Shown here piece after piece: positions 18,039-25,428 of a DNA stretch of 26,259 nt. Each line of letters starts with the position of its first letter. The first letter of the stretch is position 1. Made by a program: the position numbers and the translations under genes. The DNA comes from a virus: IMG/VR virus record IMGVR_UViG_2571042346_000003; one strand, written 5' to 3'. The notes below the pieces were generated by a model. The model had not been told where the DNA came from and did not search any database. It saw only the letters and a list, made by a program, of their open reading frames with translations.

Positions 18039-20929
18039 ATAACCGTCCATTTTATGGTGAACACCGGCGTGACAGTTGTTTTCTGTTGCATACGTTTTTC
18101 GAGCGATTCCACGAGGCGGTCACGCTTTTCAGCAATCTCGTCCTCTATGTCGAAAATCCGCTCGCGTAAGGCGCGTTTTTTACGCTCGAGCTTGGCGATT
18201 TCTTCCTGCAGGCTGTGCTGCTCCTCGATGGTGGGAGCCTGGCGGCTGCGCCGTTGCAGGTCGCGGATCTGACGTTTGGTATCATCCAATTCTTTTTGAG
18301 CCGCCATTTCCATGTCCTCGGCCCATTTGTCGAGCTGGTCACGGGCTTCGGAGAAGTGGCGGTTGTTCTCCTCCAGGTTTTTAGCCAGGGTCGCCTTGGC
18401 ATGGCGCTCCTGGTCCCGCATGAGGCGTTCTTTGGCGGAATCTGGAATCTCGGCAATGGCACGGGCCTGACCGCTGCAGTTGAACAGCTTTTCACAGGTT
18501 TCCTGGTCGATGTTGTTGCCCGCATTGTCCATTCCCGAGAAAAGCAGATACTCCTCGGAATCAAATGACTCGATGTGCATATGCTGGAGGCTCAGCCAGC
18601 CGGATCTATCCTTGAGGCGCTCCACCACCGCGATGCGGGTAGAGTGCCCGGAAATATCAAAAACAACTTCAGCGGGCGGACATGGACGCTTTGAAGCCTC
18701 ATGGATGACGTGTTCCCCAAGGGGGTGGCTCAGGCGATACAGGTATTCGCCAGGCACGTTTTCCTGAGTTTTGGAAATCAGGTGATAACGACCGTGTGAA
18801 ACATGCGCGACCGGGCTGTTTTGAAGGGTGAAGGAGAAGCTCTGGTCGTCAAACTCAGCATGATTTTGCAATGTGTGCCGGGTGACGGCCCAGAACAAAC
18901 GGCCAATACGATCTAGACGCTCCTGAGTTCCGGCCAGATTCACTTTCAGGCGGTCGTGTACGTCCTCGTCGAAATGCTCCAGCAGCATTTTCCGCGTGTC
19001 GCGCATCTTGGTCTGGATCTGTTCGTCCAGCTCCGCCTGCAACTTCTCGAACGCGGACTGAATTTCTTCTTCGCTCCGACACCCTTGGTAGATTTCCAGG
19101 ATGCGGCGTTCAAAATCCACCCCGGCTTCGATGGAGCCCAGAACATCATCACTGGCACCGAATACACCCGTAAACAGATTGAATTTCTGTTCCAGCAGCT
19201 CATGGACGCGCCGGTCGGCCTCGTTGCGCTCGTTGAGAAAGTTGATAACGACCACGTCGTGTTTCTGGCCGTAACGGTGGCATCGACCGATTCGTTGTTC
19301 GATTCGCTGAGGGTTCCAGGGCAGATCAAAGTTGACGATGGCCGAACAGAACTGAAGGTTAAGGCCTTCGGCACCGGCCTCTGTCGCGATCAAGACACTT
19401 GCCTGGTCACGGAAACGATCAATGATTGCCGCTCTGAGGTCCACCTGACGAGAGCCGGTTGCCCGACCTGATACTTTGTTAACGGCAAGCCATTCCTGAT
19501 AAATCTGGCCGGAAGCATCATCCTTGTTGGTGCCATTGAAGGTCAGCACCTGACCGGCATAGCCATTCCCTTCGAGGAAATCTTTCAGCCAGTTCTGGGT
19601 TCGACGGGATTCAGTAAAGATGACTACCTTTTTGGCTGCGCCCATTTCCTCCATGGCGCTGAAACCGATGTCCAGGGCTGTCAGAAGCGCCCTGGTTTTC
19701 GTGTCGATGCCAAGGCTTCTGGCCCAGCGGATATAGTCGGTCAGCTCTTCAATTTCAGCACCCAGCTTTTCCAGATCAATCTTTTTAGCCTGCGGTTCCG
19801 GTTCTATCTCAGGTGTCGGGGATTCGTCATCGATGAGACCATCTTCTTCGTCCTCGAGGATTTCATCGAGCAGATCGTCATCAATGTCCTCACCAGAAAT
19901 CAGGAGATCCAAGGCGCTTGCGTTCTGCCTGGCTTCGTCCCTCAATTTCAGCAGACGGTCACGCATGATCTCAAGCGTTCCGGCAACGGCGTGGGGCGAG
20001 GATGCCAGAACTTTTCGGACAAGAAGTATGAGCAGGTGTTTCTGCCCTGATGGGAGCGCATAGGTTTCGTCACGCATGAGATAGCTGGAAACCGCCTCAT
20101 ACAGTTTGTGCTCTTGCTCCGTGGGCTTGAACGGTCGGGTAATGAGTTTGCGCTCGGTGTAGCGCACGAATTCGATAACCTGGCTACGGAGCGAACGCCA
20201 GCAGAATGCGCCCAGGCGTTCCCGCAGGCCGGAAATATCACCGCCATAGTTGATGTACTGCGTTCTGAAAGATGCCAAGTCACCAAACAGCCGGTCATCG
20301 ATCAGGGTCGAAAGGCCATAGAGTTCGAGCAGGGAGTTTTGCAGCGGCGTCGCCGTCAGAAGCAGCTTTTTGCGATCTTCTGTTGCCCAACGGATACGCT
20401 GGCCCAGCCGGTTGCTTTCCCGGTAGGCATTACGAAGCTTGTGGGCTTCATCAATAACCACGAGATCCCAGGCAATCTCTTTGAGTTCTTCCGCCCGGCT
20501 GGCGGCAAAGTGCATGGAGCAAATGATGATTTGCTTGTCCCTGAACGGGTTAGGAACACCAAGCTTTTGCTGGTCTTTATAGGTTTTTGCATCCAGAACG
20601 ATGGATGGCAGATTGAACTTTTCGGAGAGCTCCAGCGCCCACTGCTTCCGGAGCGAGGCAGGACTGATGACCAGAATGTTCCGTCTGCGTTCTGCCCAGT
20701 ATTGACACAGTACAAGACCTGCCTCGATGGTCTTGCCAAGGCCGACCTCGTCGGCGAGCAGCACCCCCTTTGAAAGGGGTGAGCGTAATGCGAAAAGAGC
20801 TGCTTCAATCTGGTGTGGATTCAGGTCTACGCATGCATCAAACAACGCACGGCCAAGGCGGTCGACACCGGTGCCGCCGACCCGGCTCAATTCATGCGCG
20901 TAGTAGCTTGCATGGTAGTCCGTAATCAT
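18035..20929 (-). CDS. SNF2/RapA-like SF2 helicase with C-terminal coiled coil
   Basis: LADEVGLGKT, VIDEAH, LTATPLQN, EGLNLQ, DLPWNP and QRIGRCHRYGQ motifs; 964 aa. Confidence 0.92.
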   Translation of the reverse strand: MITDYHASYYAHELSRVGGTGVDRLGRALFDACVDLNPHQIEAALFALRSPLSKGVLLADEVGLGKTIEAGLVLCQYWAERRRNILVISPASLRKQWALELSEKFNLPSIVLDAKTYKDQQKLGVPNPFRDKQIIICSMHFAASRAEELKEIAWDLVVIDEAHKLRNAYRESNRLGQRIRWATEDRKKLLLTATPLQNSLLELYGLSTLIDDRLFGDLASFRTQYINYGGDISGLRERLGAFCWRSLRSQVIEFVRYTERKLITRPFKPTEQEHKLYEAVSSYLMRDETYALPSGQKHLLILLVRKVLASSPHAVAGTLEIMRDRLLKLRDEARQNASALDLLISGEDIDDDLLDEILEDEEDGLIDDESPTPEIEPEPQAKKIDLEKLGAEIEELTDYIRWARSLGIDTKTRALLTALDIGFSAMEEMGAAKKVVIFTESRRTQNWLKDFLEGNGYAGQVLTFNGTNKDDASGQIYQEWLAVNKVSGRATGSRQVDLRAAIIDRFRDQASVLIATEAGAEGLNLQFCSAIVNFDLPWNPQRIEQRIGRCHRYGQKHDVVVINFLNERNEADRRVHELLEQKFNLFTGVFGASDDVLGSIEAGVDFERRILEIYQGCRSEEEIQSAFEKLQAELDEQIQTKMRDTRKMLLEHFDEDVHDRLKVNLAGTQERLDRIGRLFWAVTRHTLQNHAEFDDQSFSFTLQNSPVAHVSHGRYHLISKTQENVPGEYLYRLSHPLGEHVIHEASKRPCPPAEVVFDISGHSTRIAVVERLKDRSGWLSLQHMHIESFDSEEYLLFSGMDNAGNNIDQETCEKLFNCSGQARAIAEIPDSAKERLMRDQERHAKATLAKNLEENNRHFSEARDQLDKWAEDMEMAAQKELDDTKRQIRDLQRRSRQAPTIEEQHSLQEEIAKLERKKRALRERIFDIEDEIAEKRDRLVESLEKRMQQKTTVTPVFTIKWTVI

Positions 20930-21135
20930 GCTTCCGAATCCTTCTTATTACGATCAGCCGCGCCGCCAGCCTTCACCCACTCGTCGACTTCATCTTTCTT
21001 GAACTTCCAAAGACGGCCCATGCGATGGGCGGGCATCACATGTTTGTCGATCCAGCGGTAAACGGTGTCACTGCTGACACCGAGGTACTTGCCTATCTCG
21101 TCTACTGATAACCAGCGGTCTTCCATCTCGGCCAT
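20926..21135 (-). CDS. Excisionase-like helix-turn-helix DNA-binding protein (HTH_17 type)
   Basis: 69 aa, WLSVDEIGKYLGVSSDTVYRWI...MPAHRMGRLWKF; upstream GAGGAG RBS; ATGA overlap with the SNF2 gene. Confidence 0.9.
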   Translation of the reverse strand: MAEMEDRWLSVDEIGKYLGVSSDTVYRWIDKHVMPAHRMGRLWKFKKDEVDEWVKAGGAADRNKKDSEA

Positions 21136-21229
21136 TTCTCAAGCTCCTCGTGGGCGATTGGTTTTCTTGCCACGCCAGAGGCGGTAACGGGGATGCTGGG
21201 CGCAGCTTCCCCAACTTAAAACATCCTCT

Positions 21230-21258
21230 AATATATTTAGGCAGGGGCCGATTGTCAA
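21230..21258 (-). promoter_or_regulatory. Sigma70 promoter for the defence operon
   Basis: Minus strand TTGACA (21258-21253), 17-bp spacer, TATATT (21235-21230), about 95 bp upstream of the HTH start. Confidence 0.8.
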
Positions 21259-21292
21259 ACGCTTTCGTCCGGATAAGGCCGCAAACGTCGGC

Positions 21293-21892
21293 TCACGGAC
21301 GTAACCACTGGCCGCTGGCGACTCTTTCCGCGTATGGAGGGCATGACATCCAGTAGGTCCAGGCTGGAATCGGGGTGCGCCCGCACAGCACCGCCACCAT
21401 CACCCGCTGGTACATGCTATGTCCGCCGGGCCGGAATCCTTCCAGCCGGTCGATGGGCGGCAGGTCGCGCAGCGGGTCGGTGAAGGTCACCAGTTCCCCA
21501 TGGATCAGATCCCAGTCGCCGGTCGGGCGACCGAAGCGAGGCGTGCCAATCTCCTGCTGCCTGCGGGCGTCGGCCAGTGGATCGGCGCTGCCCCGGGCCA
21601 GGATCAGCCCTTCCGGCACCTCGAGCGCCGGGAATCCGGTGTGGAGATGGTAGAGCCTGCCCCAGACCACGGCCGGTTCGATGTTGCGGGCCTGGGCGCA
21701 GAAGCGTTGATGGTTCCAGTAGCCCCGTTTCAGGGTGCCGTAGACGAAGAGCCGGAGGATGGTCTCGGGAGTGTCTTCCGGGTTTGTGCTGACTCGGGCC
21801 GTCCCTGGCCCTCGCCCTGCGGGCGCACTTTCAGTGCGTCCAAATCCGCTGTCCTGCGGATTTGTCAGCTTCGAGGATTCTCCAATGTTCAT
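21293..21892 (-). CDS. Gamma-glutamylcyclotransferase (AIG2/GGCT-like)
   Basis: LFVYGTLKRG, GFPAL, IHGEL, IDRLEG and AWTY motifs; ATGA overlap with the amidotransferase stop. Confidence 0.85.
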   Translation of the reverse strand: MNIGESSKLTNPQDSGFGRTESAPAGRGPGTARVSTNPEDTPETILRLFVYGTLKRGYWNHQRFCAQARNIEPAVVWGRLYHLHTGFPALEVPEGLILARGSADPLADARRQQEIGTPRFGRPTGDWDLIHGELVTFTDPLRDLPPIDRLEGFRPGGHSMYQRVMVAVLCGRTPIPAWTYWMSCPPYAERVASGQWLRP

Positions 21893-22686
21893 GCATTCAC
21901 TCCTTCGGGCAGTGTCCCTTTGCGCTCCTGGGGTATGAAGCGGAATTCGCTGTTTTCGATGGCCCGCACATTCGCGTGGCGGATGGTGAGCATGGTCATG
22001 GGCGGCACCTCCAGCTCGCGCCAGCCCTTCTCGTTGTCCACGGCAAAGTCAATAAAGGCGTCGTCCGAGGCGTAGAGCACCACCCGGTGCTGGCGGTGGA
22101 TGCGCAGGCAGAGCGGCTTGTTGCCCTTGAGCACGGTGATGGTGCCCGGGTCGAGCCGAGAGGCCAGCACGGCGCTCATCTGGCCACGACAGAGGGCGAG
22201 CGCCTTCTTCAAGCCCTCCTGGTCGATGGGGCCTTCGGGCGCGAAGCGGTCGGCCAGGCGGAAAATCAGCTCGCTGTCCACTTCGGCGTAGCGCGGCAGC
22301 CCGAGTCGGCGGAACAGATAATCGGCGTTGTAGATGGTGCCGTTGTGGGTGCCGATGACGATCCCGGCCCGGATGGGATGGTTGTTGCGGTTGTTGAACT
22401 CGTTGCCCCGGGTGCGCCAACGGGTGTGGCCCATGAGGATGGTGGTCTCGTTGTCGACCTGCCCGAGCAGCTCCTGAAACGGCTTCTCGTAGACCAGCTC
22501 GTGCGCCCGCATCGGCCGCTTGAAGATGCGGTGGCTGCCGTCGGTCTTGAGCCAGGCCAGACCGGAGGCGTGCGGGCCGCGCTCCTCGCTGTGCAGCAGC
22601 ATGCGTATGAAGACCTCGCGCAGGTAATCCCGCTCGTCGGGCCGTCTGCGCTTGCGGCCGAAGATGATGCCTACTTGTCCGCACAT
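21889..22686 (-). CDS. Class II (Ntn-hydrolase) glutamine amidotransferase
   Basis: Start placed at 22686 gives MCGQVG with Cys directly after the initiator Met; also RGPHASG, GHTRWRT, NNHP, HNG and VDSE motifs. Confidence 0.88.
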   Translation of the reverse strand: MCGQVGIIFGRKRRRPDERDYLREVFIRMLLHSEERGPHASGLAWLKTDGSHRIFKRPMRAHELVYEKPFQELLGQVDNETTILMGHTRWRTRGNEFNNRNNHPIRAGIVIGTHNGTIYNADYLFRRLGLPRYAEVDSELIFRLADRFAPEGPIDQEGLKKALALCRGQMSAVLASRLDPGTITVLKGNKPLCLRIHRQHRVVLYASDDAFIDFAVDNEKGWRELEVPPMTMLTIRHANVRAIENSEFRFIPQERKGTLPEGVNA

Positions 22687-23192
22687 GGAGCCGGGTCCTC
22701 CTTGCCGCTGAAGTTCTTGCCGAGCGGTCTCGTCCCTTCGAGGACGAAGGCCGCGTATTCGCGCCGGTGGTCCGCCAGCCACTCGGCCACCTCCGGGTAA
22801 CCCATCTCGGCGGTCAGCCGGGTCACCTCCGGGTGATCGAGCATGTTGGTGCGCCCGGAGAGCCGCACCGTCTCCAGGGCTTCGAGGAATCGCTCCGGCC
22901 AGGGATCGCTGGCCTTGTCGTCGGGAAGAAACTCGATCAGGCCGTGCCGGGCCAGACGGGTGAGAAACTCGGCGGCCGCAGCGGCGGCGTCCTCCGGCAA
23001 CGGCTGGGTCGGCCCGCCTTCGATGCCGGAGAGCACCTCGGTCATGTAGTCCCGGGGCGCTCGGCTGGCGGTAAACGGCGTCTGGCCGCGCATCAGCTCG
23101 ACCACCTCAAGGCAGTCGGCGGCCTGGATGGTTTCTCCGCTGCCGGGGATCGGTTCGCCGTCCAGCGTGGTGGAGCGGATCAGAATCTTCAT
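22671..23192 (-). CDS. Hypothetical protein with a C-terminal DUF5049-like domain (173 aa)
   Basis: ATG at 23192 follows AAGGAGG. The C-terminal ETVRLSGRTNMLD...EMGYPEVAEWLADHRREY resembles DUF5049 (recalled, not searched). Confidence 0.7.
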   Translation of the reverse strand: MKILIRSTTLDGEPIPGSGETIQAADCLEVVELMRGQTPFTASRAPRDYMTEVLSGIEGGPTQPLPEDAAAAAAEFLTRLARHGLIEFLPDDKASDPWPERFLEALETVRLSGRTNMLDHPEVTRLTAEMGYPEVAEWLADHRREYAAFVLEGTRPLGKNFSGKEDPAPCADK

Positions 23193-23203
23193 GGGGCACC
23201 TCC

Positions 23204-24163
23204 TTAAACAGTGAGGCCGGGAACTTGCCCGGCCTCGTTGGTGAGAGTGGTGGTTGTTTCGTCCGGGAGGACGTCCTCCGGTTTGGGCCGTCCGTTCTTG
23301 AAGGCGGCGTCGCCGGGCATGTTGGCCATCAGATGCTTGCGGGCGGTCTTGAACTCGTCGCCGATCAGGCCGAGGTGGAGCAGGAAGACCCGGAAGTCGT
23401 ACTTGGCGCTCTGAGGATCGAAATCCCGCTTGCGGCTGGAGGCGGCCCGCCCATTGAGCGCCTTGGCGGCAACCGCGAGGCAGAACTGCAGGTAGGCCTT
23501 GATCCGTCCCGCGTGGAGGGTCGCCTCGAACCAGCGGAACTCCACCGTGCCCCGGTACCAGACGTTGTGCAGGTTGACCCCGTGGTAGCGGCTGTTGTCG
23601 TAGTGCTGGGGCTGGCGGTTGTGGTAGCCGTACCAGATGCGGTTGAGCTGGTCCTTGGTGCGGGGACGATGCTGTTCGATGCGCTGGATCAGCTCGTCGC
23701 TGACTGGCCGGGTGTAGCGGTTGAGCCGGTCGCGGCTGATGCCGAGGGCGTGGAGGATCAGCGGCTCCTGCTTGTAAATGATCTTGGCCAGGTTGCACAG
23801 GTGCCTGCCGTCGAAGGGAGCGGCATCGATATGGATGTGGATGCCGCACTGGCTGTTGATCTTGCCTCCGGCGCGGCGGATGGCCCGGACCACCTCCTGC
23901 AGTTGCGGGATGTCGTCATAGCCGAGCACCGGGCTGACCACCTCGGCCCGCAGATGGGCCGGGACGCTGGTCAGGGAGGCGTCCCCCACCACCTTCCAGA
24001 CGCGGCCGCGCAGGTCCTCGACCTCCCAGGGGTCATAGCTGCTGGGAATGCCGACATGGCGGACCGTGCCGCCCACCACCGAGTGGATGGCCCAGGCGAT
24101 CTGTTCCCGGGTGCGTTTTACGGTCTCGATCTCGATCCCGTAGTGGATCTCTTTCAGGTTCAT
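23204..24163 (-). CDS. Amidoligase_2 family (COOH-NH2 ligase, glutamine synthetase/GCS-like fold)
   Basis: YGIEIE, DASL, EVVSPVL, CGIHIH, RYHGVNL and TVEFR motifs; GGAGG RBS upstream. Confidence 0.88.
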   Translation of the reverse strand: MNLKEIHYGIEIETVKRTREQIAWAIHSVVGGTVRHVGIPSSYDPWEVEDLRGRVWKVVGDASLTSVPAHLRAEVVSPVLGYDDIPQLQEVVRAIRRAGGKINSQCGIHIHIDAAPFDGRHLCNLAKIIYKQEPLILHALGISRDRLNRYTRPVSDELIQRIEQHRPRTKDQLNRIWYGYHNRQPQHYDNSRYHGVNLHNVWYRGTVEFRWFEATLHAGRIKAYLQFCLAVAAKALNGRAASSRKRDFDPQSAKYDFRVFLLHLGLIGDEFKTARKHLMANMPGDAAFKNGRPKPEDVLPDETTTTLTNEAGQVPGLTV

Positions 24164-24358
24164 GCGTGCCTCCGTCGTTCATGGCGCTTCTAAGTCGTTG
24201 TCTAGCAAGCCTTTTTAGCCCCCGCTTACACCATGAATGAATGCTTCTTTCCGGACACAAATCAAGTAGAAGAACAGCCGAAGCAGACATTTAACACGTT
24301 TATTTTCAATGACTTGTGAACGCTCTTGACCGAAGCTCAGTTTTTCCTCAAAAAACCC

Positions 24359-24390
24359 TTGACTCCGTAGTATGGTACGGACCTTATATT
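24359..24390 (+). promoter_or_regulatory. MerR operator/promoter
   Basis: -35 TTGACT (24359-24364), dyad TCCGTA-N6-TACGGA (24364-24381) and -10 TATATT (24385-24390) with an elongated 20-bp spacer; very close to the classical merOP TTGACTCCGTACATGAGTACGGA. Confidence 0.9.
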
Positions 24391-24409
24391 TAATTCAGGA
24401 GATCGAGAT

Positions 24410-24820
24410 ATGAACAACATGACCATCGGCAAGCTGGCGAAACAGTGCGGTGTGGGGGTGGAAACCATCCGCTTCTACGAACGAGAGGGATTGATTCTGC
24501 AGCCCGAGAGAAAACCTTCCGGCTATCGCCTCTATCCCGAGGAGGCGAAAGATCAGGTCCATTTCATTCGGCAGGCGAAGGATCTCGGCTTTTCGCTGAA
24601 GGAGATCAGGGAACTTCTGGATCTCAGATTGGATGGCGAACAGGCCTGCGACGAGGTGCGTTCTCTTGCGGAGGCCAAGATTGCCGACATCGAGGAAAAG
24701 ATCGCCTTGCTGCAGAGGATGCGGACTACCCTGGGAGAGCTGGTCGTCGCCTGCAAAAGCAACAAGAAAACCGAACCATGCCCGATTTTGCGGGCAATCG
24801 AAAAGGAGGACCGACCATGA
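24410..24820 (+). CDS. merR: Hg(II)-responsive MerR-family regulator
   Basis: TIGKLAKQCGVGVETIRFYER HTH; three Cys at MerR-like positions (ACDEV, ACKS, PCPIL); AGGAG RBS; lies between the operator and the mer genes. Confidence 0.88.
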   Translation: MNNMTIGKLAKQCGVGVETIRFYEREGLILQPERKPSGYRLYPEEAKDQVHFIRQAKDLGFSLKEIRELLDLRLDGEQACDEVRSLAEAKIADIEEKIALLQRMRTTLGELVVACKSNKKTEPCPILRAIEKEDRP

Positions 24821-25428
24821 ACCCCAAGGCCGACAAGAAACTGATGGGCGTGGGCGTCCTATCCGCCTTCGCGGCATCACTGTGCTGCATCACGCCGGTG
24901 CTGGCGTTTCTCTCCGGTGCCAGTGGGCTGGCATCCGCGTTTTCCTGGATGGAACCGGCCCGTCCCTGGCTGATCGCGCTGAGCGTCGGCCTGCTGGGAT
25001 TTGCCTGGTATCAGAAGCTCAAACCACGCACCGCCGCCGAGATTCAGTGCGCGTGCGAAGATGAACGGAAACCACCCTTCCTGCAGAGCAAGGCATTTCT
25101 TGGGATCGTCACCGTATTGGCCGCACTGATGATGGCCTTTCCCTGGTATGGCAGTCTGGTCTACCCGGAAAACCAGACCAACACTGTGATCGTCCCCGCC
25201 GACCAGGTCCATACCGTTGCCTACCAGATCGAAGGCATGACCTGCCCCAGTTGCGAGGAACATGTCCGGCATGGGGCCAGCGGCGTAGACGGTGTCATTG
25301 ACGTCACGGCAGATTACCGGACCGGGAAGGCGGTGGTGCGGTTCGACCGTGGACGGACCAACGATGAAGCGATCCGGCGGGCAATTGACGCGACAGGATA
25401 CAAAGTGAAAGACAAGGAGGATAGGTAA
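24817..25428 (+). CDS. merTP: MerT-MerP fusion mercuric transport protein (203 aa)
   Basis: ATG at 24817 (ATGA overlap with merR, AAGGAGG RBS); SLCCITP in the first membrane helix, CAC loop, three hydrophobic segments and a C-terminal HMA motif GMTCPSC. Confidence 0.88.
   Translation: MNPKADKKLMGVGVLSAFAASLCCITPVLAFLSGASGLASAFSWMEPARPWLIALSVGLLGFAWYQKLKPRTAAEIQCACEDERKPPFLQSKAFLGIVTVLAALMMAFPWYGSLVYPENQTNTVIVPADQVHTVAYQIEGMTCPSCEEHVRHGASGVDGVIDVTADYRTGKAVVRFDRGRTNDEAIRRAIDATGYKVKDKEDR

Noticed and set aside
10994-20929. DISARM or BREX assignment for the SNF2-methylase block
   Set aside because: No DrmA/DrmB (DUF1998)/DrmC or PglZ/BrxC/BrxL genes are visible, and the methylase motif order and its partner fit Type III.
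23193-23849. N-terminal 219 aa of the 392-aa ORF overlapping the amidoligase in another frame (possible frameshift fusion)
   Set aside because: The Pro/Arg/Gln-rich composition is typical of an off-frame read of GC-rich DNA, a strong RBS precedes the ATG at 23192, and no slippery site was noticed.
21862-24193. Long plus-strand ORFs (312, 146 and 322 aa) antisense to the amidoligase cluster
   Set aside because: These are antisense shadows expected from high GC at third codon positions, and they carry no motifs.
24237-24265. Candidate minus-strand promoter for the amidoligase cluster (TTGATT-17-ATTCAT)
   Set aside because: The -10 element is too far from consensus to call without transcription start data.
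24445-24816. Upstream extension of the merTP frame through merR
   Set aside because: It is an off-frame shadow of merR; the ATG at 24817 has an AAGGAGG RBS and an ATGA overlap.
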